Assembly (NCBI GenBank): GCA_965649825.1
Contig: OZ287705.1
Span: forward strand, 830,314-894,313
Length of the DNA: 64,000 nucleotides
Direction: 5' to 3'
Source: Penicillus capitatus
Lineage: Eukaryota; Plantae; Chlorophyta
Shown: in pieces, positions 45,237 through 57,298 of the stretch
How positions within the stretch are numbered: the first letter of the stretch is position 1
How the letters are laid out: the number at the start of each line of letters is the position of its first letter
Notes under the pieces: generated by a model
The model's input: the letters and a program-made list of their open reading frames with translations, nothing else
Told to the model about the DNA's origin: nothing
The model's database searches: none
Made by a program: the position numbers and the translations under genes

Positions 45237-46381
45237 TCATCCTCTCAGAGGGGCATAACCTTCTTCTTCAAGCTGATCTGCCAGGGTGAAATCTCCCGTT
45301 GTTGATATCTGACCATCTTGCATCACGTGAACAAAGTCGGGCTGGATATACTCCAACAGACGCTAAGACAGAGGAGCTGTGAGTTCATCGTTGTGCTTGT
45401 GATGATGGAGAGTACTTTGTAGTGCGTCACCATCAAGACAGCTGTCTTTTCATTCCTCAATCCATTGATAGCCCCAGCGACATCTCTCAATGCATCAATA
45501 TCGAGACCAGAATCGATTTCGTCCAGAATGGCCATGTCACTCTGAGAGAACACGGATGCACTTGCACTTCAATAGGATAAGATGATAGTGCTCTTACCTC
45601 CAACACAGCTAACTGGAGGATTTCATTCCTCTTTCTTTCACCTCCAGAAAAGCCTTCATTCACATTCCGATTCAGAAAACTCGGATCCATCTTAAGCGAC
45701 TCCAACTGCACGGCATAACTGAATGACAAGGTCTCAAACAAGGTCTCTAATGGGAGTACTTTGGGTGTGAGGTATGCGTAGAACTCTAGCGGATCAAGCT
45801 CTGCTTCGCCTTTTGCCTTTCTCCGAGCGTTACACGCCAGTCGCAAGAAATCGACATTGTTCACCCCAGGAATAGCAATGGGAGACTGAAAACTCAAGAA
45901 GAGTCCTTAAAGCATGATAAATATGTATGAGAACAGCCACCATCCATTGTCAAACCTAGATGGGATCTTTCTTCAGGTTCCAGCTCAAAGAGATCTTGTC
46001 CTTTGAATGTGGCTGATCCATCCGTAACATTGTAGTCTGGATGCCCAACGAGGACCTTCGCTAGGGTGCTCTTTCCAGAGCCATTTTTCCCCATCAAAGC
46101 ATGGACCTGTGGCGACAGAGGGAGGTCTGACTGACAGACGACGCCTTACGACTGACACAAACCTCTCCAGTGTTCACTGTGAGATTGACTCCTTTGAGGA
46201 CTCCTTCGCCGGTTGCTGCAATCTCAGCTCTGAGGCCTTCGACTTTTAAGAAGGGATCTGCAGCAGTTTGTGCAAGAACGATGTTTTTGCGATGTGCAGC
46301 AGATCGATGTCTCCGGAGATCTATCTTCGTGTGAAGGACCGAAGGGCCCAGCCACTGAACAGAACCCAGGCGCATCTCCAT
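45237..46381 (-). CDS. SUFC: Plastid Fe-S assembly ABC ATPase SufC
   Basis: Transit peptide; [37 protein letters not shown] and [14 protein letters not shown]. Confidence 0.95.
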
Positions 46382-46552
46382 TGCGGTAAGTGAACATCGA
46401 TCTCATGATAGATGATGACATGACGTTACATTGATTAACGCACAACGTATCTCGAGATGCGACAGGTTCGCACACGAAACAATCTCGGAGTCTATGAACG
46501 CCTGTTGGATGTTTGCATTAAAATATTAATCGTAACAAGGACGGATCCATGA

Positions 46553-46930
46553 TCATGAATTGTGCTTAAAGATCTTGAGCGAGAACCAGTTAAAAATAAC
46601 CTACGAGTAACTCCAAAGTCCTTCATTGATTTCATTAAAAGACAGAGCTGCACCAGATAGATCAGCATAGGAATCATCAGCGGGATCAGGAGGCAGTAAT
46701 ACCTGCCAGTGAATAAGGTAAGTACTTCACGGGGTAAAAACAGGAGAATCAAAATACCTGTCTCTCTGAATCCAAGAGGCCTCTGTGTCAACAATTTTGG
46801 AAACCTGTACAGAACAATCATGCCGTTGCAACTGCCACAAAGAGGGAAAAATCACGATGAGAGCATAGAACTCGTAGACTACCAATAGAATAGAGCTCAT
46901 CAGAAACGATACCCTGAACACTCGTCGCAT
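46553..46930 (-). CDS. PIGY: GPI-GlcNAc transferase subunit PIG-Y (about 72 aa, three introns)
   Basis: Spliced product MRRVFRVSFLMSSILLVVYEFYALIVSKIVDTEASWIQRDRYYCLLIPLMIPMLIYLVIFNWFSLKIFKHNS*. The DRYYCLLIP...NW.SLK.FKH signature is typical of PIG-Y. Confidence 0.88.
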
Positions 46931-47183
46931 TTCATCACTCTAAACAATGGATAGGAGAGAAACCCGAGACAAAAGATGTTCCGGCGATTTCTCGGTCTCT
47001 CTGTATCTTCAGCTTGCATGAGATCCTATATGAATGATCTCTAGACGACGCTGTCTTTTGCCAGTCACTTTGAAGTCATGAGTGGAGGCCACTCTGCGCC
47101 ATTGATTCTGAAGTCTGTTGAGATCCGACATCATTCTAAGATTGTTACTGTCGGTCGCGTTTGTTCGTGCACTGTCGAGCACC

Positions 47184-48730
47184 ATGCCGAGTGAAACTCT
47201 GGAGAAAGCGGTAGAACTGACCGCTGCTGCTATCATCGGTGCATCTTGCATGGCCGTTGGACCTCTTTTTCGTCGGTTGACAGCACGACCCGTGCGGGTG
47301 CTGATAACGGGAGCGGCAGGTCAGTAGGGTTTGCCATGAGTCGATGTCATGCATCAACCTTACAGGACAAGTCGGCTACTCCCTCGCACCGATGATTGCA
47401 AAGGGAGAGATGTTTGGACGTCATGTTCCTGTTCACCTGCATCTCTTTGACATCCCCTCTGCCGAGAACGCCTTGCTTGCTCTGAAAATGGAACTTGAAG
47501 ACTCTGCTTTCCCACAACTTCAAGGTGATCAGACAGATCATTGTCGACACCTGCAAAGAACGCTCCATAGATCTGATGGCGAGCACGGATGAATCAGAAG
47601 CCTTTCAGGGAGTAGAAGTGGCCATACTGATAGCGGGCTTTCCGTTCAAGTCTGGAATGAAGAGGAGTCACATCATTGAGAAGAACGTCGAGATGTACAA
47701 GCGACATGGAGAGGCTCTTTCAGAGTTTGCATCCAGGAAAGTGAAGGTTGACGGATGACAAGATCGATCTTGGATGTAGAAATGGGTACCTTGTGTCAGA
47801 TCGTTGTTGTGGCCAGTCCAGCAAACACAAATGCACTCATTCTCAAAGACAATGCAGCATCGATTCCACCAGAGAACATTACCTGTCTGACAAGATTGGA
47901 TCATAATAGAGCACTCTTTCAGGTTAAGATAGATGCCATTATCATGGAGCAGTACATGTTTTTCCCTTTGCAGATCGCAGAGAAACTAGAGTGTCATGTT
48001 TCTGAAGTGAAGAATGTCATCGTTTGGGGAAACCACAGTTCAACACAGTTTCCAGATGCCGCTCACGGACGAGCATCCAACATACCTGTCATCTCTCCCG
48101 CTTCTCTCTCTGTGTTCTGACACATATACTCACAACTGTAGATTCAAGAAGTCCTTGTTGGTGAGCCAGATTGGATTCGAACAGAGTTCATAAACGTTGT
48201 CCAGAGTCGGGAAGAAGATGTCATTAAAGTGTGTTCTTGAGGACGAAGGAATCCTTCAATGACTTCAGCATAGGCACGCAATTTCTCCAGTGCGTTGTCG
48301 ACTTCTAATGCCATCTGCGATCACATGAGAGACTGGATCAGAGGTGCAGCCAGACAGACATACACATTCACGAGAAAGGAGATCACATGTGGATGGATTT
48401 CATCAAGGTACCTCGCGCGGAACTTGGGTTTCAATGGGAGTCATATCTGACGGGAGCTATGGAGTCCCGATGGGTATCATATACTCCTTTCCAGTGACAT
48501 GTTCGCGGGGAAGATGGAGGATTGTGCAGGGTAGGTGATGGCTCAACATGTGATGAGTGAATGACTTCCAATTGAGAAGTGACGATGTCTCTGCTTCAGG
48601 CCTCGAAGTGTACGAAGAGTTTTCGCGCAAACGAATGAAGGCGAGTGCTGATGAGCTCGTTGAAGAAAGATCGATTGCATTACAGTATCTCTCTCAGAGA
48701 AGTAGCAGATCTTCAACAAGTCGAAACTAA
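47184..48730 (+). CDS. Cytosolic-type malate dehydrogenase homologue with an altered substrate site and an N-terminal hydrophobic extension
   Basis: [33 protein letters not shown] and WVSMGV. The specificity loop reads [10 protein letters not shown]. Confidence 0.9.
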
Positions 48731-49093
48731 TGCATCCCCGTTACTTACATACACAATGACCGAGGTGCTGAAATTGATAAGCTGCCTGCACCATTGACAT
48801 GTTTCTAGTGCAGGAGCTGCGTTTGTTAGAATGACTCTTATGCTCTTCGTCAGTGGCAAAATATACTTGACTGATGTCGGACCTTAAGGCTTACAATGTC
48901 ACAGCCGAAGGAAGAAAGACATAAGAAATCGGAGATGATGATTCTCATAAAGCGTTCATCTTCTTTCTTGTTGTCCGACTTGACGATACACGTTTAACAA
49001 AGATTTCATCTATGATCAGTCAGTCAGTCGTGCTTCGATAGATGTATGGTATGTATGTATGTATGGGCAGATGGAGATTGTCAACTTTATCAG

Positions 49094-50925
49094 TCATGAT
49101 GGGCGACGTGGTCGAGCACAAGCGTCTGCGGCACAGAGGCATGCCATCTGGGAAACAGAGAAATCTTTGGACACGAACGCTCATAGTAATCACAGGGACA
49201 GACTTGTAAGTCTGACACGCTGGCCTGCTTCGCTCGGTAGAGTTCCTCAGAACACGCAGTCAGTGAATACAGGACAGCTTCGAGTGTCTCGGCCACGTGA
49301 TTTAGTGAAAACTGCTGTGCAGTCTCCCTTGCCTTCGAAGCCAATGACTTCCTGAGATAAGGATCGTCACAAACACGGATGACGTAGGCAGCCATGGTAT
49401 TAAGATCTGTTGGATCTGCCATGAGGCAGTTTACTCCATGCGTCGCAAAACTTCGAACTCCAAGACAGTCCGTCGTTACAATAGCCAATCCACTCGCCAT
49501 TGCTTCAAGAACTGGCATACCCCATGCTTCGTAACGGGACGAAAACAGGAAAACATCATGCCCCCTAAGATGAAAGGAGAAAGATTCGTCTCCGTCAGAG
49601 ATTGCATCGATACCTGTAAAGAGTGGGGATTATCTTTTGATCTGGAGCAATGACATAGTGGATGTCGAGATCACAGATCTCGAGGATCGGCAGCATTGTC
49701 ACTGTTGGCTTTATTTGACACACCCACGTCACACTAATTGCCACAACCTGTACCATACTCATATGGCGTGGCTTTCTTGAACAACGACAGACAGACTTTG
49801 CTCACAGCCATCAGAATGCGCAGTGCACTATCAAATCCCTTCAATGGCAAAGCTGGATTGCCCACAAGTAAGATAGACTTTGTGTATGTGGCCGAGACCT
49901 ATTCGAAATCACTGAACAGAGCAAGTGAAAGTGATGGGACAGCTGGCCTGCAGTCCATTCGTCACAAACTGTAACTTGGAGCGGGGTTCTGCGCCGTCAG
50001 GGTGAAACTTGTCACAATCGATGCCATTGGGGACTATCAGACTCAGTCGTCCAAATTCATGGAACAGGATGTCTTGGATGGCTGTAGATACAGAAATGAG
50101 AGGGACTGGAAGCTGCATACACATATGAAATAAGCGATCCTTGAAGACAATCGACACTAAGCGATCAACACATCACAGCATCTGTGTACTTGTTTAATGT
50201 AATTCTGAGCAGTCTGGAGTCGAATAGGATCGCCGAAGACCCACTCATGACCTTGCTCCCAGTAGACCACAGGGACAGACACTCCTGCCAGCAATTCAGC
50301 GACCTGTCCAATCATAACAACACCCACCATCAACAAAGATGTCAGCTCTATTAGAGAAGCTAGACTTGATGGAAAATACCGACAACAACAACATCTATTT
50401 GATCCGTTGGATAAACATCAGCTAGCCTCTGTGATAAATTACAAACCACATCCACATCCACTTCCACATCTGTCCACGGAGGCATCGCCCTCTCAGCCGT
50501 GTTAGATCTGAATGCATAACCAACCAACCACTTGAGATGATCATCCAATACTTAAAGAGAATGGGATGGGTGTGTGGGAGTACTCACCTATGTACAGCAA
50601 TGGTTGTATGTCCCCTTGTCTTTAGCAGTCGTAAATGTTCGATAAGGCATTTCATTCCTCCCGTAATATTATGATGCGGTAGCATATATGCCACACGTAA
50701 TGGACGCATTGGAGAAAGCAACTTGGAAGTAAAGAGCTTATGACAGTGAGTGAAAAGAACATCCACAAGATCACAAACACGGTTTCCTCTGGTCCAGTTT
50801 GGTGGACATCCACATCCACCATAGTGAAGGGTCTCTACGTAGGGTAGACGTCTGGACCGGGTGTGTTGAAGCTGCCTAGGAGAAACTGGGACACGGCCAC
50901 CAGCACTGGAGCTTGTCGAAGCCAT
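49094..50925 (-). CDS. Family 4 (group 1) glycosyltransferase
   Basis: LRVAYMLPHHNITGGMK, IVPNGIDCDKF, VGNPALPLKGF and FGMPVLEAMASGLAIVTTD. Confidence 0.88.
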
Positions 50926-50979
50926 TAGAATTGACGATGCCTTGCTGATGAAATAGAAAAGTCATTCCACCCCTGAACA

Positions 50980-52929
50980 ATGGGCAGGAGTTCCGTCGAG
51001 ACGGCCTCCGAAAACAAAAAGTTGACTAGAACAGCAGGTAGTCAGAGTAGGCCGTTTGTGTCACATCATCGTCGAGAACGCATGAGGCCTTGTGATAGGC
51101 GACAACTTCGAGATTGGAGATTTCTGCGTGCACTCTGGTCGTTGTCGTTTTCTGGTGTCGGTGATGACGTTGACGTTCTGGTTCGAAGACTTCGCATGAC
51201 GAAATCTGAGGCTCTACGGCTATTGGAGCATTCGAAGGACAGGGCAGCGTGTGATCTGACGTCTGTTCTGGATACATTTCGAGAAACGGGTTTCAGTCAA
51301 AGGCGACTGCGTGATCTCCTTTTGGATAAACCAGAATTGCTCTCTGCAAAAACGATCCAGCGCATTCACAGATGCCAAGAATTCTTCGATTCTGTGCAAA
51401 TTGCTCCAAAGCAAGCATCACACATCCTGAGTACTCAACCTGGACTCCTTGATCCTGAGATCGGCAAAGAGATGGATTCAATGATTCAATTTCTTCGTAA
51501 AGTCAGGTGACATAGATATGTTCTTCTGCGACTGACCCACTGGCCTATTCCAGAAGCTGTCTTCTGTTTCTCTCCGTTGCGTACTGGTCTGTCACCCTGG
51601 TATCCTCAAGCTGTCTGTTAAGGAAGATCTTGAACCTCTCTTCGAGTAACAGAAGGCCATTCCTCATCTATCGATCTGAGATGGGTGGGACGCATAGGTT
51701 CTTCCTTTCATTGGGTCTGCGTGGGACGGACGTGGAAATCATTCTCAGCAGAGAACCGACGATTGCATCCCTCAGCCCGTCTTCAGTCATCCAGCCAATA
51801 GTCAAAGTGCTCAAACGTATCTTTCACAAGGAGTGGAATGAAGTTCTGCTGTCGTATCCTGCAATTCTATTGCATTCTCCTGATCGACTTCTAGCAATGT
51901 ACAATGCCCTCGTCAAGTACACAAGTGAGCACTCTCCTCACATACCATATAAGCGAAAATGCTACTAGGATGGAGAGAAGCTTATTTTGCTACCGTTCTC
52001 AAGAAGCAGCCTGTGGTCTTAACAGCTGATCCTGCAAGGATAACGATCGTGGCCGAACTGTTGAGTACAACATTCAGATGGCCTCCCTCAGATATCCGAC
52101 ATTTCATACGAAGATGCCCAGAAGCAAGAGTTAAAATGAGCCATTCACAAAGAGCATTTATCGGTTTCGATTAGATACTGACATATGCATTCGAAGAAGA
52201 TCTGCACCAGACAATGCAGTGCTTACTCAAAACAACGAATCGACGAAATAAAAGTGCGTTATGCAGTGCAGTGCATTGATGTGTGGCGTTCTGGGTAATG
52301 CGTTTGTAGTGATAGAACTTCACATTCGAAGTTCTCCGGCTTTGTTGCTTCTTGATCCTGTGAAGGATATCGAGCCCAGATTGACATTTCTTTCCGTACA
52401 GGGCATCAAAACACCCGAGTTAGAACAGGAACATGTTGTGACAGCAGAGTGAGTATTTTTGTTTGGAGGTCTCGTTTCCGGACCATGTTGCTGTGTTCCG
52501 ATGATGAATTTGCTCAATACCATGCCAAAGTCCATCCTTTGGAATTTAAAGCATTTCTTCTGCGAAGGAACGCCTTATTCTCTGCAACAGGTGGAGATCT
52601 TGATGAGGACAGGTCGTGACCCCAATGAAGGGTCCCATGAATGACGAGTATTGTCTGCCTGCTATATCAGAAGAATATCTCCTTGAAGTTTAATTCTTCA
52701 CTATTTGAGGAACAACGCATGATTAAAGAAACAGCCGTAAACTTTATTTTGACGAAGAGAATACAACCTCGTATATCGTGGATTCGAACAATGCAAACCA
52801 ATTCTCTCGATTTCACGCGTCATTCGGCAGTGGTTTGACGAACAGTTTGGTGGCATCTCAACCATGGACGACCAGTCTATCGTGTCTCTTTCTGAGGATG
52901 CAGCGAAGAGGTGGCTGTCTTCCTGCTGA
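50980..52929 (+). CDS. mTERF-family organellar protein
   Basis: Repeated L..P.LL motifs (LLLDKPELL, ILSTQPGLL, LSREPTIASL, LLSYPAILL, VLKKQPVVL, IEPRLTFL). The ends are approximate. Confidence 0.8.
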
Positions 52930-53407
52930 CGCACTCGACATCCGAAACACGACAGTGTGTGATATAGATCGCATTCAGAAAAGCAGCTCGGAATTTCGGA
53001 ACACGACCGTTTCCTGCTGGAGTTGGAATTTGTTCAATGCCTCGCCAGTCCACAATATCTTCAATGTCATCGCCACCTGTTTTGGGATTCTTGACACTAA
53101 AGGTGCTGTCGTACAAGTAGGGCTGTCCCAGACTGGATGGTTTGAGAAACCGGGAAGCGCCGAGTTTCTCGGTTACTTGCTTTACTGGAAACGGCCTGCA
53201 TATGCAAAATACCTCCTGTAAGATAGGGGAGAAATTGTGTGATGATAATATGGTCGTGCTGCAGATACCCACACTGTCTCAAATTTCTGGAGATGCTTCA
53301 GGACAGGGATTTTCGAAAAGCGATTGCAAGAGAAGACGTCAAAGCAAGAACAATGCTCCCGAGTAACAACACAGAGACGTCACTTCCCTCTGTAGGAATT
53401 GCTGCAT
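52877..53407 (-). CDS. Possible small cryptic gene immediately downstream of KsgA
   Basis: Protein-like ORF (SLGQPYLYDSTFSVKNPKTGGDDIEDIVDWRGIEQIP) preceded by plausible introns and an ATG at 53407. Confidence 0.35.
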
Positions 53408-53454
53408 TGTCAACAATTCTATTTCTGGATGCACTATCGCAGGCAGGCGTTTTG

Positions 53455-54822
53455 TCAGACACCTTCCAAAGAGGCAAAAATGGAAACAAATTGATGGTAG
53501 GTCAGCTCTTGGCCTCTGATATTCTCAGAAAAATTCAATCTCTCCAACGACGCCTTGACATCTTCTGGTTCGTACAATGGCCGCAGACTGTTTGTCAGTT
53601 TCTTTCTTTTTGATGAGAATGACTTGTTCACCTAAATCAAAGCATCACTTATGGAAAGAACAGACAGAATCTCCGTTCTGACAAAGGAGAGAAATCTCTT
53701 CTCCGAATCTACGTGGCAACGTTCAACAGGTCGTTTCAACTTGAAGTTGACAAATGCTCCATCCACTTGAGGTTGTGGAAAGTATGCAGTTTTGCTTATC
53801 TTGAAGAGATATTCTGGATGGCTATAATGATGTGTGTACACAGTCATTGCCTACGCAGCAACAGACATACTTATTCAACCGAGAGATATGTTCACGATAA
53901 CACACTCTGTAGGTCGCATCGCCCGTGCCGTCGTGACAGAGACGCTGTGCCACCTCATCTTGGATCATGAACATCAGGTTTGAAACGATGTCACCCATTG
54001 GTAGATAGAGTCTCAAGCAATCAGTTGTGATGTTGTACGGCAAATTGGAGATGATTTTAATACGCGAATGATCTGGATGCCTAACCGTCCATTCATCCAC
54101 ACTCGGCACCATGTGAGGCAATCATGCGTACTCTTTTAATAGGTCTTCGATTAATGATCTCATGTTGATGTTCATCACATCTCCATGTATAACTCTCAAA
54201 GAGTCCTGTGGGTATTCTTTCCTCAGTTGTTGATGCAGCGTATCATCCTTTTCGATTGCCGTCACACAAGCCCCCGATTTCAAGAGATGCTGTGTCAGAT
54301 TTCCAGTTCCTAATGAGAACGAGTTTCGAATGAGAGAGACCAGGCAGGTACTGCTCGATGACCTGGTCCAAATTCAATGACAGGCTCATTAGCAGAAATG
54401 CAGGACAAGGAGGCAATTCTTTCGAGAACGTCTTCGTCGTTGACAAAGTTCTGACCAAGTGACCTTAAAAAGATCGCAACATGGCATATCGTCACTGGAA
54501 AGGTGTCTTCTGAATGATCTTACTTCTTTGGACGCATGCGAAGAGGATCCAACTTCACCCTTGTTGTCTTGGCACTCAGCTCCCAGAGCCAACCCACATC
54601 GATCGGCGTAGAAGGAATCTCTGAACCTGAATTCATGGCTCTAGACAGAAACCGTGGATCTTGTTGGCGCCTCGATGCGCACTTCTGAAATTCTGTGTCA
54701 AAGCTGTGCTGACGACACAGACATGGTCGCGGTCTGCGTTGTCGACAATCAAAGATGCCGTTCGCGCGCAACGACTGTATGAAAGAGGACGACGCTTGAT
54801 AAGAGAACCTTCCAATTTTCAT
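53455..54822 (-). CDS. KsgA/Dim1-family rRNA adenine dimethyltransferase, organellar (PFC1-like)
   Basis: RMRPKK|SLGQNF, VIEFGPG, IISNLPYNIT, MIQDEVAQRL, FPQPQVDG and SFSSKRKKLTNSL. Confidence 0.92.
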
Positions 54823-54892
54823 TGAATTTTGAATGGGGCCTCTCAACACGCGTACATTCGACAAACACGACGATCTGACGTCATTCGAAGAA

Positions 54893-55660
54893 TTACCCTT
54901 CAGCTCCTTCCAGGAGACTCTTGAGCTTCCCTTGTTGATGTAGAGTGTAAGTATCTTTAAAGGCATGCAAAGATGTTGAAGATCATTCACTTGCAGCCAT
55001 GGCTCACCGTCGAAACCTCCGATATACTTCCCTCCAATGAATAGTTGCGGAACGGTACTGGATCCCGTCATAGAAGCCAAGGTGTTCTGGATATCGTCGC
55101 CTTCCACTGATTGCATCACACAGGTGTATACAGAGTCAGTGGATCGCAGGCAGAGGATACGGGGACACCTATGTTGTCGAGCTCGACGAATTTTGCCTCT
55201 ATCTTGTAGGAACCTAAAAGCTGGCGCATCTGCAAAGACACTGTCAGAACGACAGAAGAGAGAGCATCGTAGGCGCACACATCATTACAGAACGGACACC
55301 AGCTGCGGCTGTATACGATGACAGAATTCTGTGCGTTCTTCTGCTGAATCATGGAAACCTGTTTGACAGGAATTGTCCTCGATGTTCCTTCAGATGATGG
55401 GTATGTCAGAGATCTCTTACGTATTCTTCTGTTGCACACACAGGTCTAACAATCCGGCGAAGACCTTGAACACTCCAAACAATCAGAAGAAACGATTCTG
55501 ATGCTTCGTGAACAAGACCTCTGGTTGATGGAGAAAACGAAAAGAAAGAGGGGTGTGTTCGTTCTCCGCGAAGCAGTTCGCCACTAAGGACGTGGCGTTC
55601 CCTGATCGTTGCCGCCGTTCTCAGGACGCTCACTGTTGAAGCCGCCCACCGCGTGCACAT
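54893..55660 (-). CDS. Dithiol glutaredoxin (CPFC) with an organellar targeting extension
   Basis: VIVYSRSWCPFC, TVPQLFIGGKYIGGFD and LHQQGKL. Confidence 0.92.
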
Positions 55661-55754
55661 GATTCTCTATCCACAGAGAACGTTAGAGGCACGTGCAAAG
55701 AGGCAAGAACCGCCAAATGTTATACATGCGAGCATTTAGAATCCGATTCTTCTT

Positions 55755-55970
55755 TTAAAACGCTCCAAGTATTCGTCTCCGCCGCAACTGAACGTCCATC
55801 TGAGAAGGTATTCTTGCCTCCTCTCTTTCCACATTGTTTGGCGCAGATTGAGCTTTGGGTGTCTTGTTAGAATCTCCTTTGCCGTCGGCACAAAAACGTC
55901 GCTGCAGACATTGGTTTTTTTGATTCGGTTGAGATTTGAGCGTGTGTTTCAACGCGGCTGCTGAGTTCAT
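55755..55970 (-). CDS. Putative 71-aa small protein upstream of glutaredoxin
   Basis: ATG-initiated intronless ORF with a presequence-like start (...CLQRRFCADGK) and basic end (QLRRRRILGAF). Confidence 0.35.
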   Translation of the reverse strand: MNSAAALKHTLKSQPNQKNQCLQRRFCADGKGDSNKTPKAQSAPNNVEREEARIPSQMDVQLRRRRILGAF

Positions 55971-56029
55971 TCCTCCTTCTTTATTTCAACGCGACGAAAA
56001 TGACATTTGGTTCGGGCAGCGAGCTGTTC

Positions 56030-57127
56030 ATGAGCTCACAATCCTCCGGCTTTCCTATGCCTGCCGTGGCACTTGCTCCTGCCGCGTTTTTTCTGGGAGC
56101 GCATATGCTGAAGTGCGTACAAGAGGCGAGTGAGAAACTGAAGATTGGAGATTTCTGCAAATCAAAACCCTCGCCTCGACACTCAACTGCAGATAAGGGT
56201 ACGCAGACAGTGCTCTCTGCCTATAAGGGGAAGACACAGCAAAGCAAGAACACCCAAACAAGGCAAAGCGGGACCGAAACAAGTCAATCGGTCTCGACCA
56301 GTGACAAAGGGAAGCATGTGACACGCAGGATACCATACACCACCAAGACGACTGCTGGAGGTACTACAACTAATGAGCATATAACAGCATCACGAACCAG
56401 CCCAAGCATAAGACAATCAAAATCTGCAGTCGCGGACAGAAATAGGAGCAAGACGCCGTGTTCTTCGATCCTGCAACCGACGAAGGGAAGAACGCAGAAG
56501 GGAAGAAGAGTCTCAACAGGCGATTGTGAGAAACGAACGCCGGCATCTTGCACCGACTCGGATTTGGCCAATTGGTTGAAGAACCCCGTCTACGCCAGCG
56601 ATGGAGAGAGCGAGGGTCGACGGACAGATCGAAGTGAGATGTCGCCTCCGTGGCTCGACATCAGTATGGTTCAGAAAATCGCGAGGCAACGACGATCGGA
56701 CAGTGTATCCATGTCAACTGCCATCCAGAAAGCAACATCGAGGAAGAACAAAAGCACCTCAAAATCGCGGGCATCGATGTCAAAAATGGAACTCATCCCA
56801 GAGAAGGGACAAGAAGTTAATCCACGAGAGGAGCCAACTGCTGTCGGAGACGTGAAACCACCGGAAAGAAATTTGACAGAGACGGATCTTACTATTCGAC
56901 GGATAATTGAAGGAAAGTTGGGACGACGATATGAGGAACTGGATTCGAAGTCATTAAAATTGATTAGCAAAGAAAGAATGAAAGAGCTGGCATCAAAATA
57001 TGCTGGAGACAGGCCCAAAGTCCATTTGGCTGATCGCGACATCCCAGATCCTTCTGTGTCTCACCATGTCCCTCAAGGAGGGAAATTGAATGATCCGCGT
57101 AAAGAGGGTGCACAGCGAAGAAGTTGA
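56030..57127 (+). CDS. Orphan Ser/Thr/Lys-rich protein with an N-terminal hydrophobic segment
   Basis: Single ORF of 365 codons; PAVALAPAAFFLGAHML near the N-terminus; no domain recognised. Confidence 0.65.
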   Translation: MSSQSSGFPMPAVALAPAAFFLGAHMLKCVQEASEKLKIGDFCKSKPSPRHSTADKGTQTVLSAYKGKTQQSKNTQTRQSGTETSQSVSTSDKGKHVTRRIPYTTKTTAGGTTTNEHITASRTSPSIRQSKSAVADRNRSKTPCSSILQPTKGRTQKGRRVSTGDCEKRTPASCTDSDLANWLKNPVYASDGESEGRRTDRSEMSPPWLDISMVQKIARQRRSDSVSMSTAIQKATSRKNKSTSKSRASMSKMELIPEKGQEVNPREEPTAVGDVKPPERNLTETDLTIRRIIEGKLGRRYEELDSKSLKLISKERMKELASKYAGDRPKVHLADRDIPDPSVSHHVPQGGKLNDPRKEGAQRRS

Positions 57128-57237
57128 AGGTTCGTCTACGCTGTCGATGTCACTTCATTCCGTGAGAATGGGCACGTGTGTCTTCTAGGGTTGCTATAAA
57201 GCAAATGACTTTGTCAAGGTACGAAAGTCTTTCAATA

Positions 57238-57298
57238 AAACAGACGCGTACCAAGAGTGAGAGGATAGAATTATGCAACTCTTGGTGTTAGTCTGTTT
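57238..57298 (+). other. 21-bp imperfect hairpin (inverted repeat)
   Basis: AAACAGACgcgtACCAAGAGT pairs with ACTCTTGGTgttaGTCTGTTT: 17 Watson-Crick pairs, 2 G-U pairs, 2 mismatches and a 19-nt loop. Confidence 0.6.

Noticed and set aside
48781-48817. 10-bp hairpin in the MDH 3' region
   Set aside because: A single short stem, within chance expectation, with no box motifs.
57205-57232. SECIS element (ATGA...AA...)
   Set aside because: It lacks the 3' GA quartet partner and the required stem length.
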